Positions 8,429-18,009 of a stretch of DNA of 32,000 bases are shown one piece after another. The notes under the pieces are model-generated. The model made no database searches, had not been told where the DNA came from, and saw only the letters and a list, made by a program, of their open reading frames with translations. The stretch is from the NCBI RefSeq assembly GCF_049243625.1, contig NZ_CP046975.1. One strand, 5' to 3'. The translations under genes and the position numbers were made by a program. Position 1 is the first letter of the stretch. Each line of letters opens with the position of its first letter. Origin of the DNA: Corynebacterium amycolatum (lineage in GTDB: Bacteria; Actinomycetota; Actinomycetes; Mycobacteriales; Mycobacteriaceae).

Positions 8429-9190
8429 ATGACCTCTGAAACTTCAACTAATGGCAGGAAAGTAGCTGTAGTTACCGGTGCTTCTTCCGGTATTGGTGCA
8501 GCCACTGCCAAGCAGTTCGCAGCTGAAGGTTTTCGCGTTGTGTTGGGAGCCCGCCGCGAGGACAAGCTCGAGGCTGTCGCGGAGGAGATCCGCGCTGCCG
8601 GTGGTGAAGCGACAGTCTACAAGGTTGACGTCACCTCTGACGACGATGTGGTGGCGCTGGCTAAGGCTGAACCGCGTGTCGACGTGCTGGTAAACAACGC
8701 CGGTGGTGCCTGGGGCATGGAGTCGGTTGAAGACGCTGTCGAGGAAAAATGGCGTTGGATGTACGACGTCAACGTGCTGGGCACCCTGCGCGTCACCCGC
8801 GCACTGCTGCCCGCACTGAAGACCACCAGCGGCATTGTGCTCACCGTCGGCTCGATTGCCGGTCGCCAGGTCTACACCGGCGGTGCCGGCTACAACGCCG
8901 CCAAGCACGCTGAGCGCGCCCTGGTGGAAGTCCTGCGTCAAGAGGTTGCTGTCGATGGAGTGCGCGTCACCGAAATCGATCCGGGGCGCGTCCACACCGA
9001 CTTCTCACTCGTGCGTTTCGACGGCGACGAGACCAAGGCCGCAGCGGTCTACGACGGCGTTGAGTCGCTGACCGCCGATGATGTTGCCGACATCATTGTG
9101 TTCGCGGCCACCCGCCCGAATCGCGTCAACATCGACTTCCTGCAGGTGACCCCCATCGACCAGGTGGGCGGCGCGAAGCCGAAGAAGTAA
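8429..9190 (+). CDS. Short-chain dehydrogenase/reductase (classical SDR)
   Basis: TGASSGIGAAT cofactor motif, NNAG, catalytic YNAAK. 253 aa. Confidence 0.85.
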   Translation: MTSETSTNGRKVAVVTGASSGIGAATAKQFAAEGFRVVLGARREDKLEAVAEEIRAAGGEATVYKVDVTSDDDVVALAKAEPRVDVLVNNAGGAWGMESVEDAVEEKWRWMYDVNVLGTLRVTRALLPALKTTSGIVLTVGSIAGRQVYTGGAGYNAAKHAERALVEVLRQEVAVDGVRVTEIDPGRVHTDFSLVRFDGDETKAAAVYDGVESLTADDVADIIVFAATRPNRVNIDFLQVTPIDQVGGAKPKK

Positions 9191-9215
9191 AACCGACTAC
9201 GTAGAGGAGCCGTAT

Positions 9216-9947
9216 ATGAGCATCGATATTGCCGCTGATACCAAGATTGCCCTGGTCACGGGCGCAAGCCGTGGTATTGGCCTGGCGGTCGCTAAGGATC
9301 TCTCCCGTGATCACCACGTCATTGTGGGCGCTACCAGTGCTGAGTCTGCTGAGAAGGTGGCGTCGCAGTTGCCGTCGGCAAGCGTATTCGTTGCTGATCT
9401 GGGTGATGCCGACGCCGTAAACGCGGAAGTGGCAAAGCTGTTGGAGGCGCTCGGTGGGCGCGGGCTGGATGTGCTCGTGCACTCGGCGGGTGTGTACGTC
9501 GATGGGGACGTGGCGGAGGTTTCGCGTGCGGACTGGTCGCGGATCATGGACATCAACGTCGTCGCCGTCGCCGACCTGACCCGCCAGCTGCTGCCGGCGC
9601 TGCGCAAGGCGGAGGGCACGCTGGTGACCATCAACTCGGGCTCGGGATTCCGCGCTTCAGCTGGTACTTCGCCGTATGCGGCGTCGAAGTTCGCGCTGCG
9701 GGCCTTCACCGATGCGCTGCGCGAGGAAGAGCGTGGCGCGGTACGAGTCAGCTCCGTGCACCCCGGACGCGTCGATACCGATATGCAGGTTCAGCTGCAG
9801 TCGAATTGGCACCGCGATGATGCGGATTGGCGTTACGACGGCACGAAGTTCATGCGGCCTGAATCGATCGCAGCCGCAGTACGTCTGGCCGTTGATACCG
9901 GAGCGGATGCCAACGTGGATGAAATCCAGGTGCGCCCGCGCGGATAG
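9216..9947 (+). CDS. Short-chain dehydrogenase/reductase (SDR), second paralogue
   Basis: TGASRGIGLAV, HSAG, catalytic YAASK. 243 aa. GGAG lies 6 nt upstream of the ATG. Confidence 0.85.
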   Translation: MSIDIAADTKIALVTGASRGIGLAVAKDLSRDHHVIVGATSAESAEKVASQLPSASVFVADLGDADAVNAEVAKLLEALGGRGLDVLVHSAGVYVDGDVAEVSRADWSRIMDINVVAVADLTRQLLPALRKAEGTLVTINSGSGFRASAGTSPYAASKFALRAFTDALREEERGAVRVSSVHPGRVDTDMQVQLQSNWHRDDADWRYDGTKFMRPESIAAAVRLAVDTGADANVDEIQVRPRG

Positions 9948-9977
9948 CCGGTGGGCACACTTTCGTGTACAGGCTTC

Positions 9978-11675
9978 TTACTGAGCGTCCAGGTTCAGGC
10001 GCTCGTGCATTGCCTTGACTTCGCGCGGGACAACCTTGCCGATGGCGTTGCGCGGCAGGGAGTCGACGAAGAAGACGCGGTCCGGAGTGGAGTGCTCGGC
10101 CAGAGTTTCGCGGACGTACTCGCGCAGCATGTCCTCGGTGAGGTTCTTGCCGGCCTCATTGTCCTCGCGGACAACGTAGAGGAACAGGTCAGCGAAAATC
10201 TCGTCGTTTTCGTTGCTGCCGTGGCAGAAGACGTCGGCGATGCCCGGCACCGGGCCGAGAATTTCTTCGACCTCGCGTGGGAAGACGTTCTCGCCGCCCT
10301 TGATCACCATGTCGTCGGAGCGACCACAGATGTACAGGTAGCCGTCCTGGTCGATACGGCCGAGGTCACCGATCTGGAACAGGCCATCGACGGTGGTGAA
10401 CTTGTCCTTCTTGTTCAGGTAACCGATGAAGGAGAGCTCCTGAGCGGTGTGGATCATGCCAACCTCGCCCGGCTCGACTTCCTTGCCGTCGTCACCCAGG
10501 ATGCGAACCTTGGCGCCAATTGCCGGTCGACCTGCGGAGTCCGGGCGAGCTGCGAGGTCCGCGCCGGATGCGATGGAGCACAGGCCGGCCTCGGTGGAGC
10601 CGTAGAAGTTACAGATAACCGGACCGAAGCGGTGAGTCAGCGCGGAGACGAGCCAGCCCGGGATGGCGTTACCAGAGGAGACGATGAAGCGGAACGGTCC
10701 AATCTTGCGGTTCGGCTCCTCATCCAGAACGTCCTTAATCTGGCGCAGGAAGAAGGCCGCGGAAATCATGCCGTTACAGCCGTACTGCTCACACTGGTCA
10801 ACAGCCTTCTTCGGGTCGAAGACACGCATGGTGACAATGGTGGAGCCGGTAGCCATGCCAATCAGCACATTTGCCCAGCCCCAGGCGTGGAACATGGATG
10901 CGGACTGGTGAATGACCATGTTGCGGCGCCACGGAATACGCTCGGCGATTGCACCCACAGTTGCCGGTGTCTTCGGCTCATTGCGCAGGACACCCTTCGG
11001 GATGCCGGTCGTGCCGGAGGACATGATGATGATGCGTCCCTGCTCCGGCTTCGGATCTAACTTGGCGTTCGATGTACGACCTTCTTCAATGAGGTCTTCC
11101 ATGAACAGGAAGTTCTTGCCTGCGTTCTTGCGGGTCTCCGGCTTGGTCACGGAGGTAATAACGACGGTGACATCGTCGAGGTCTTCCGGCAGATTGCCCA
11201 GGAACTCGTCATCGACGAACAGGAACTTGGCCTTATTCTGGTCAACGACGCCGCGGATCTGAGTCGGGCCAGAGCCGATATTCATCAGCATAATTTCGGA
11301 GCCGATGAATCCCTTGATGGCCATCGGCAGGATGATGCCGCGGCCGTTACGTGCGATAACGCCGAAGCTGGACTTCTGGGTCATGCCGCGGTCTATCAAG
11401 GCGCGAGCCAGGGCGTGAGAGTTGTCGAGCAGCTGAGAATAGGTGAGTTCACCGTCATCGTCGACAAGGGCGAGGCGATCCGGGTAGCGCAGCGCACTCA
11501 TGGAAATAAGGCTGGCGACGGAGAACTTCAAGCGACGCAGGTAATCGAGGATCTTCGGCGCCGTCTTCGGAGTCATGTACAGGGCGCCGGTACGCAGGAG
11601 TGGTGGAATCGACTGGGCAAAAGCCTTGATTTGGAGCCCAAGTGGTACTTCCGGAGCCTTCATTTCAGCTGCCAT
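9978..11675 (-). CDS. Acyl-CoA synthetase / AMP-dependent ligase (FadD-like)
   Basis: 565 aa. ANL-superfamily motifs: MSSGTTGIPKG, YGSTE, GDLGRIDQDGYLYICGRSDDMVIKGGENV, and a terminal GKV lysine region. Confidence 0.9.
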   Translation of the reverse strand: MAAEMKAPEVPLGLQIKAFAQSIPPLLRTGALYMTPKTAPKILDYLRRLKFSVASLISMSALRYPDRLALVDDDGELTYSQLLDNSHALARALIDRGMTQKSSFGVIARNGRGIILPMAIKGFIGSEIMLMNIGSGPTQIRGVVDQNKAKFLFVDDEFLGNLPEDLDDVTVVITSVTKPETRKNAGKNFLFMEDLIEEGRTSNAKLDPKPEQGRIIIMSSGTTGIPKGVLRNEPKTPATVGAIAERIPWRRNMVIHQSASMFHAWGWANVLIGMATGSTIVTMRVFDPKKAVDQCEQYGCNGMISAAFFLRQIKDVLDEEPNRKIGPFRFIVSSGNAIPGWLVSALTHRFGPVICNFYGSTEAGLCSIASGADLAARPDSAGRPAIGAKVRILGDDGKEVEPGEVGMIHTAQELSFIGYLNKKDKFTTVDGLFQIGDLGRIDQDGYLYICGRSDDMVIKGGENVFPREVEEILGPVPGIADVFCHGSNENDEIFADLFLYVVREDNEAGKNLTEDMLREYVRETLAEHSTPDRVFFVDSLPRNAIGKVVPREVKAMHERLNLDAQ

Positions 11676-11898
11676 GGGTGAGAATCCTCCAAGATGATGG
11701 ACAAGCGACTAATAGCGCCAAGCGACTCTCCAGTCACATTGACACCATCAACCACGATAGTGCGATTTTGTAACAACCAGACTTTAACAAACCTGTGCCG
11801 CGTCAAAAAGTAGTTTCGACGAAGAAATGTGAAAGATGTGCAAGTAGTGTGCACAGTGCTTTATGACGGATACCTTTTTCGCGAACGGACTCGAGGAT

Positions 11899-11962
11899 AC
11901 AGTGTTATCAAACGGTTATAAACCGATGGAAAGTGGCAAACGTAACGAAATGATAACACTGT
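11899..11962. repeat. Perfect 12-bp inverted repeat ACAGTGTTATCA / TGATAACACTGT separated by 40 nt
   Basis: The arms are at 11899-11910 and 11951-11962. They lie inside the 540-bp AT-rich intergenic region upstream of the acyl-CoA synthetase gene on the minus strand. Confidence 0.6.
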
Positions 11963-12215
11963 GGTAACGATATCAATTCCGATATTGACCTATATAACTC
12001 TATGAACCCAGGGGTTTTCGGTTGGTTTGTTTGAGGGGAGTGGACCGTGAGTGAATGGCGGTCGCCCCCAGAAATTAGGGGCTAGGATTCTTCAGAAAAA
12101 CAGAAACGTTCGCGACTAGGAGGGGCGGGGGTTGCGAGCGCGTAGCTAAATAGGTGACATATTCGCCGGCTTGAGCCTAGAAGTGTGGTGTCGGTGTGTG
12201 TCGGAAACGGTTGCC

Positions 12216-13073
12216 CTAATTCAGGGTTAGAGCGGCAAGCGCGGGCTCATCCTCTGGTGTGCAGGTGGAGAGCCAACGGTCGATGGCATCGGACTCCGCC
12301 TGCGTGACCCACAGGTTGTATTTCTGTTTTACCGCCACCTGGCGAGCGACATACTGGCAGCGAAATGGTTTGTTGGCGGGTACCCAGGATGCGGCATCGC
12401 TATCTCGCTTTTGCTGATTAGCGGGACCATCGACGGCCAAGAGGTTGAGGGGGTCATTGGCAAAGTCCTGCCGAACCTCAGGTGAGAGCTGCTGTGCTCC
12501 CTTTTGCCAGGCGTCGCTCAAGGCCACAACATGGTCGATTTGCACGGCGGAAGAGGTGTCGCGGCCGCGCTGAAACTCAATCATCGTGCCAGTGTAGGGA
12601 TCCAGTAGTTGCCCCGAAAGTACGACGCAATCGCGGGTATTTGGTTTGTACTCCTTATTAATAAGGTCACGATTCAAAATGTCGTTCCGCGTGTCACATC
12701 CGTTGTGGCCAAACTCGGCAGAGATGTCATCGCTCCAACGTTGCCCGAATTCGTCGCGCGCATAGCCGGTTTTCGGTGCGCGCCCTTTTATCTCCAGCTG
12801 GTTGAGGGCGCTACGGATGCCGTCGATAGGCGATGTGCCGGGCGCTGGGGTGCCGGGGGAGTCTGGGGTGTGGGGCGCTTCAGGAATCTCGGGCGCGGGT
12901 TCCGCTGGCTCGGGCGTAAAAGCGGGTGCCGGGGCCGGGCTATGCGACTGGCTCTCTGGAGTGGGGTCTATGGGATCCGTGCAGCCGCTGAGGATTGTCG
13001 CTGCGCCGATAAGGAGGGCGAGGCCCTGTAATGGCGAGCGGAAACGACGGTTGGCGAGCATGGAGCTAACCAT
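12216..13073 (-). CDS. Secreted lipoprotein with a DUF1524 / His-Me-finger (GmrSD C-terminal-like) nuclease domain
   Basis: ORF 12216..13124, but that start is a TTG. ATG 13073 or ATG 13061 gives a signal peptide (MLANRRFRSPLQGLALLIGAATILSGC) with the lipobox LSGC. A Pro/Ala/Glu-rich linker follows. The DUF1524 hallmarks are GHNGCDTRNDIL, IDHVVALSDAW and NLLAVDGPANQQKRD. The exact start is uncertain. Confidence 0.8.
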   Translation of the reverse strand: MVSSMLANRRFRSPLQGLALLIGAATILSGCTDPIDPTPESQSHSPAPAPAFTPEPAEPAPEIPEAPHTPDSPGTPAPGTSPIDGIRSALNQLEIKGRAPKTGYARDEFGQRWSDDISAEFGHNGCDTRNDILNRDLINKEYKPNTRDCVVLSGQLLDPYTGTMIEFQRGRDTSSAVQIDHVVALSDAWQKGAQQLSPEVRQDFANDPLNLLAVDGPANQQKRDSDAASWVPANKPFRCQYVARQVAVKQKYNLWVTQAESDAIDRWLSTCTPEDEPALAALTLN

Positions 13074-13263
13074 AGCGGTAGGAGGGGATTGGGTATGGAG
13101 GGGATTTGCTAAAGAATCGAACAACTGTGCGTGGATAGTGGGGGTGGTAGCTCGATTAGGGGGTTATGAGATTAAAACGGGTAGTAAAAGCCCGGTTTTA
13201 TTCGGGCTGGCAGGCTGGTCTAGCTCCTTCGGGGGTGGGCAAATACAGTTAATTCCCTAAATA

Positions 13264-13277
13264 CGTATTGCAATACG
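13264..13277. promoter_or_regulatory. Perfect 14-bp palindrome CGTATTGCAATACG about 90 nt upstream of gltB; candidate operator
   Basis: Read directly: the reverse complement of 13264-13277 is identical to the forward sequence. It lies in the AT-rich gltB upstream region. Confidence 0.35.
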
Positions 13278-13368
13278 CCTAGATGAAAGTGCATTGTTAA
13301 AACAGTTGGAAATATAGATAACCCGTGTCCCCCAATTGGCACATTGCACCTACAAGGGGAAAACAGCC

Positions 13369-16300
13369 ATGACAGCTAAGACAGCCATGACTCTGATCGA
13401 AACAGCGGCCACATTGCCTCGTGGTCCTCAGAGGGAAGGTCTCTACCACCCGTCGAACGAACACGATGCGTGTGGCGTGGCCTTTGTTGCCGACATTTAC
13501 GGTCGCCAGACCCATGACATTGTGGAAAAGGGCATTCAGGCACTGGTCAATCTCGACCACCGCGGTGCCGCCGGTGCAGAGAAGACCACCGGCGACGGTG
13601 CCGGCATTCTCATTCAGGTTCCGGATGCCTACTACCGTGCTGAGCTGAGCAAGGAAGGCGTTATTTTGCCGCCGGCGGGAACCTACGCCACTGGTATCGC
13701 CTTCCTGCCGCAGGCGCGGATGGCCACTCTCGATGCCATTCGGGCTATTGAAGACACCTGCGCTGAAGAGGGCATCGAGATCCTGGCATGGCGCGATGTA
13801 CCGATCGACGCTGAAGGGCTCGGCCAGATGGCCCGTCAGGCTATGCCAGTGCTCCGTCAGCTCTTCGTTACCGCGAAGAACTACGAGGGGCGCCAGCTCA
13901 GCGATATTGATCTCGACCGCAAGATGTTCTTCCTGCGTAAGCGCTGCGAGCGTGAGCTGGGCGAACGGGGCGCCGGCGAGGGCTCTGGCGGCGACACCGT
14001 GTACTTCCCGTCGCTGTCCAGCCGCACAATTGTCTACAAGGGTATGCTCACTACCCCGCAGCTGAAGGATTTCTATCTTGACCTGCAGCAGAAGGAAGTT
14101 ACTTCCGCGCTGGCCATCGTGCACTCGCGCTTTTCCACGAACACTTTCCCGTCCTGGCCGCTGGCACACCCGTACCGCTACGTCGCTCACAATGGTGAGA
14201 TCAACACCGTGCGCGGCAACGAAAACTGGATGCGCGCCCGCGAGTCGCTGATTCGCTCTGGCAAGCTGGGCAATATCGACCGCGCGCTGCCGGTGTGCGA
14301 CCCCAACGGTTCTGACACTGCGCGTTTCGACGAGGCCCTGGAGCTCCTGCATCTCGGTGGTCGCAGTCTCCCGCATGCGGTCATGATGATGGTTCCGCAG
14401 GCCTGGGAGCACGATGACAACCTCAGCCCGCAGGTTCGCGCGTTCTACGAGTACCACGCCTGCCTGATGGAGCCGTGGGACGGCCCCGCCGCTATCTGCT
14501 TTACCGACGGCCAGGTCATCGGTGCCACCTTGGATCGCAATGGCCTGCGGCCGGGACGCATTTGGGTGACTGACGAGGGCCTGGTGGTGATGGCCTCCGA
14601 AGCTGGTGTCTTGGATATCCCGCCGGAGCAGATTGTGCAGCGCACGCGCGTACAGCCGGGGCGTATGTTCCTGGTGGACATGAAGGCCGGTCGCATTATT
14701 GAGGACAAGGAGATTAAGTCCACGCTGGCCGCCACTGGGCCCTACGAGGAATGGATCAAAGAAGGCCTGGTCGACATCGCCGATTTGCCACGAGAGCGCT
14801 ACCAGTACATGCCGCATGCCCGCGCGGTGTTACGACAGCGCGTCTTCGGCATCACCGAAGAAGACGTTGACCTAATCATCCGCCCGATGGCACTCACCGG
14901 CGCGGAGGGCCTGGGTTCGATGGGCTCGGACACGCCGATTGCGGCGCTGTCCAACCGACCTCGCATGCTGTTCGACTTCTTCTCGCAGCGGTTTGCACAG
15001 GTGACCAACCCGCCGCTGGACTCGCTGCGCGAAAAGTCCATCACCAGCATGAATACGTTGCTGGGGGCAGAGACCAACATCTTGGAGCCCACTGCCGATG
15101 CCGCCCGTCGTATCCGGCTAGAGCATCCAATCCTGGACAACCACGACTTTGTCACCCTGTGTCAGGCGGGCAAGAACGAGGAGTACTCCGAGTTCCGCGC
15201 CGAGGTCATCTCCGGCCTGTACCCGGTCGCCCGCGGTGGCCGTGGCCTGCGCAACGCTATTCGTCGTGTCCGCCGTGAGGTCTCTGAAGCCATTGACCGT
15301 GGTGCCCGACTGATTGTGCTGTCTGACCGTGAGTCCAACGAGCGCTTTGCGCCGATCCCCTCGCTGCTGCTGACCTCTGCGGTCCACCACCACCTGGTGG
15401 AGGAACGCACTCGGACGCGTGCCAGCCTCATCATTGAGGCTGGCGACGCCCGCGAGGTGCACCACATGGCCATGCTGCTGGGCTTTGGTGCCGATGCCAT
15501 TAACCCATACATGGCTTTCGAAACCATCGATGAGCTGCGCATGAAGGACCAGCTCGGTGATCTGACGCTGGATCAGGCCTGCTCGAACTACTGTAAGGCC
15601 GCCTCCAAGGGCGTGCTGAAGGTCATGTCCAAGATGGGTATCGCCTCACTGCAGTCCTACCGTGGCGCACAGCTGGCCGACACCGTCGGTCTGTCGCAGG
15701 AGTTCCTGGACGAGTACTTCACCGGCGCTGTTTCTCCGCTGGAGGGCATTGGCCTCGACGAGGTCGCAGAAGATGTTGCCGCTCGCCACCGCAGCGCATT
15801 TCTGCCGCGTCCGGAAGAGCAAGCACACCGCGAGCTGGATCTCGGCGGCGAGTACAAGTGGCGCCGCGAAGGCGAGTACCACCTATTCAACCCGGAGACC
15901 ATCTACACGCTGCAGCATGCGACCCGCACTGGTCAGTACGCGGTCTTCCGAGATTACACCAACAAGGTCGATGAGCAGACCAAGCAGCTGGCAACTCTGC
16001 GCGGCATGCTCGAGTTCGTCTCGGATCGCGAGCCGATCGACATTGGAGAGGTTGAACCGGTCTCCAGCATCGTCAAGCGTTTCTCCACCGGCGCGATGAG
16101 CTACGGTTCCATCTCCGCGGAGGCGCACGAGACGCTGGCTATTGCCATGAATCGCCTGGGTGGCATGTCCAACTCCGGCGAGGGCGGCGAGGACCCGGAC
16201 CGCTTCGAGATGGAGGCCAACGGCGACTGGAAGCGCTCTGCCATCAAGCAGGTCGCATCGGGTCGCTTCGGCGTGACCAGCCACTACCTGTCCAACTGCA

Positions 16301-18009
16301 CCGACATCCAGATTAAGATGGCCCAAGGCGCAAAGCCCGGCGAAGGTGGCCAGCTGCCACCGAACAAGGTCTACCCGTGGATTGCGGAAGTCCGCATCAC
16401 CACCCCGGGCGTGGGCCTGATTTCGCCGCCGCCGCACCACGACATCTACTCGATCGAGGATTTGGCGCAGCTCATTTACGACCTCAAGAACGCCAATCCG
16501 CGCGCCCGCATTCACGTGAAGCTCGTCTCCGAGCAGGGTGTGGGTACTGTCGCCGCTGGTGTGTCGAAGGCGCATGCCGACGTCGTGTTGATCTCCGGCC
16601 ACGATGGCGGCACTGGTGCCTCGCCGCTGACCAGCCTCAAGCACGCCGGTGGTCCGTGGGAGCTGGGGCTCGCTGAAACCCAGCAGACCCTGATGCTCAA
16701 CGGGCTGCGCGACCGCATCCGCGTGCAGTGCGACGGTCAACTCAAGACCGGTCGCGATGTCGTGGTCGCGATGCTGTTGGGCGCTGAGGAGTTCGGTTTC
16801 GCCACCGCTCCGCTGGTGGTGGAGGGCTGCGTCATGATGCGCGTCTGCCACCTGGACACCTGCCCAGTCGGTATTGCCACCCAGAATCCGAAGTTGCGGA
16901 GCAAGTTCACCGGCCGTGCCGAGCACGTGGTCAACTTCTTCACCTTTATCGCCCAGCAGGTCCGTGAATACCTCGCTGAACTGGGTTTCCGCACCATCGA
17001 TGAAGCGGTCGGGCATGCCGAGTGCCTGCGTCCGCGCAAGGATCTCGACAACCTTCCGCGCGTCGCAAAGCTTGACCTGGAGCGAATCCTGCACGTTGCC
17101 GAAAGCCCCTTCTTTGCGGACCAGGATTCCTACTGCACGACGGCGCAGGACCACGGGCTCGAGGGTGCGTTGGACGAGCGCCTCATCGACGAAGCGCAGC
17201 CCGCACTGCGCACGGCGCGCGCGAATGGGTTGGCGCCGACGCCAGTGGCGCTGCACCACGCCATCAGCAATGTGAACCGTTCCGTGGGCACGCGGCTCGG
17301 GTACGAAGTCACCAAAGTCGCAGGTAAGCATGGGCTTGCCGACGACTCCATCGTCGTCAACCTGCTCGGTTCCGCCGGTAACTCGCTGGGCGCGTTCCTG
17401 CCGGCCGGTGTGACTATCAAGCTGGAGGGCGATGCTAACGACTTCGTCGGCAAGGGACTGTGCGGCGGCAAGATTGTGGTCCGACCTTCACGTTCGGCTC
17501 CGCCGACCGCGGATGTGGCTACCGACACCATTGCCGGCAACGTCATTGGTTTCGGTGCCACCAGTGGTGAGATCTTCGTCCGCGGCACTGTCGGTGAGCG
17601 CTTCTGCGTGCGTAACTCCGGTGCTACGGCCGTGGTCGAGGGCATCGGTAACCACGGTTGTGAGTACATGACCGGTGGCCGCGTCGTAGTGGCGGGTCCG
17701 GTCGGTCACAACTTCGGCGCCGGTATGAGTGGCGGTATCGCCTATCTGCTGGATAACGAGGCGACGCGGGCGAACATCAACACCGAGCTGATCGACATCG
17801 TGCCGCTGGGTGATGAGGACATCAGCTGGCTGGAGGCCACGCTGTCGAAGCACCGCAAGCTCACGGGTTCCAAGACTCGGTTCCCGGCTGCACAGTTCAT
17901 CAAGATCATGCCGCGTGATTACGCCCGAATTCTCGACGTAGTCGCGAAGGCAAAGGACAACGACGCTGACATCAACGAGGCAATCATGGAGGCAGTAAGC
18001 AATGGCTGA
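13369..18009 (+). CDS. gltB: Glutamate synthase large subunit
   Basis: ORF 13336..18009. It has the Ntn-amidotransferase catalytic Cys (CGVAFVADI), FMN/Fe-S central domains and a C-terminal GXGXG beta-helix domain. I prefer ATG 13369, which has AAGGGGA 8 nt upstream, over TTG 13336. An 11-bp direct repeat ACAGCCATGAC (13363-13373 and 13381-13391) supplies a second in-frame ATG at 13387. Confidence 0.95.
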   Translation: MTAKTAMTLIETAATLPRGPQREGLYHPSNEHDACGVAFVADIYGRQTHDIVEKGIQALVNLDHRGAAGAEKTTGDGAGILIQVPDAYYRAELSKEGVILPPAGTYATGIAFLPQARMATLDAIRAIEDTCAEEGIEILAWRDVPIDAEGLGQMARQAMPVLRQLFVTAKNYEGRQLSDIDLDRKMFFLRKRCERELGERGAGEGSGGDTVYFPSLSSRTIVYKGMLTTPQLKDFYLDLQQKEVTSALAIVHSRFSTNTFPSWPLAHPYRYVAHNGEINTVRGNENWMRARESLIRSGKLGNIDRALPVCDPNGSDTARFDEALELLHLGGRSLPHAVMMMVPQAWEHDDNLSPQVRAFYEYHACLMEPWDGPAAICFTDGQVIGATLDRNGLRPGRIWVTDEGLVVMASEAGVLDIPPEQIVQRTRVQPGRMFLVDMKAGRIIEDKEIKSTLAATGPYEEWIKEGLVDIADLPRERYQYMPHARAVLRQRVFGITEEDVDLIIRPMALTGAEGLGSMGSDTPIAALSNRPRMLFDFFSQRFAQVTNPPLDSLREKSITSMNTLLGAETNILEPTADAARRIRLEHPILDNHDFVTLCQAGKNEEYSEFRAEVISGLYPVARGGRGLRNAIRRVRREVSEAIDRGARLIVLSDRESNERFAPIPSLLLTSAVHHHLVEERTRTRASLIIEAGDAREVHHMAMLLGFGADAINPYMAFETIDELRMKDQLGDLTLDQACSNYCKAASKGVLKVMSKMGIASLQSYRGAQLADTVGLSQEFLDEYFTGAVSPLEGIGLDEVAEDVAARHRSAFLPRPEEQAHRELDLGGEYKWRREGEYHLFNPETIYTLQHATRTGQYAVFRDYTNKVDEQTKQLATLRGMLEFVSDREPIDIGEVEPVSSIVKRFSTGAMSYGSISAEAHETLAIAMNRLGGMSNSGEGGEDPDRFEMEANGDWKRSAIKQVASGRFGVTSHYLSNCTDIQIKMAQGAKPGEGGQLPPNKVYPWIAEVRITTPGVGLISPPPHHDIYSIEDLAQLIYDLKNANPRARIHVKLVSEQGVGTVAAGVSKAHADVVLISGHDGGTGASPLTSLKHAGGPWELGLAETQQTLMLNGLRDRIRVQCDGQLKTGRDVVVAMLLGAEEFGFATAPLVVEGCVMMRVCHLDTCPVGIATQNPKLRSKFTGRAEHVVNFFTFIAQQVREYLAELGFRTIDEAVGHAECLRPRKDLDNLPRVAKLDLERILHVAESPFFADQDSYCTTAQDHGLEGALDERLIDEAQPALRTARANGLAPTPVALHHAISNVNRSVGTRLGYEVTKVAGKHGLADDSIVVNLLGSAGNSLGAFLPAGVTIKLEGDANDFVGKGLCGGKIVVRPSRSAPPTADVATDTIAGNVIGFGATSGEIFVRGTVGERFCVRNSGATAVVEGIGNHGCEYMTGGRVVVAGPVGHNFGAGMSGGIAYLLDNEATRANINTELIDIVPLGDEDISWLEATLSKHRKLTGSKTRFPAAQFIKIMPRDYARILDVVAKAKDNDADINEAIMEAVSNG

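Noticed and set aside
9951-11060. 369-aa plus-strand ORF antisense to the acyl-CoA synthetase gene
   Set aside because: It has no recognisable motifs, whereas the opposite strand encodes a full ANL-family enzyme.
11863-11967. 34-codon plus-strand ORF spanning the 12-bp inverted repeat
   Set aside because: It has no ribosome-binding site and no recognisable peptide family, and it sits in AT-rich DNA where short ORFs arise by chance. It is mentioned under the inverted-repeat finding but not called as a gene.
13300-13322. AmtR-type nitrogen-regulator box upstream of gltB
   Set aside because: Only a half-site-like ATAGATA (13314-13320) is present. The expected partner CTAT six nt upstream is absent (AGTT instead). 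The motif is recalled from memory, so this is not a rigorous scan.
13297-17331. Very long minus-strand ORFs inside gltB (13297..14817, 506 aa; 15883..17331, 482 aa)
   Set aside because: They are antisense to an unambiguous, motif-rich gltB frame. Their translations are Arg/Gly/Ala/His-rich low-complexity sequence with no family features. This is the usual high-GC antisense ORF artefact.
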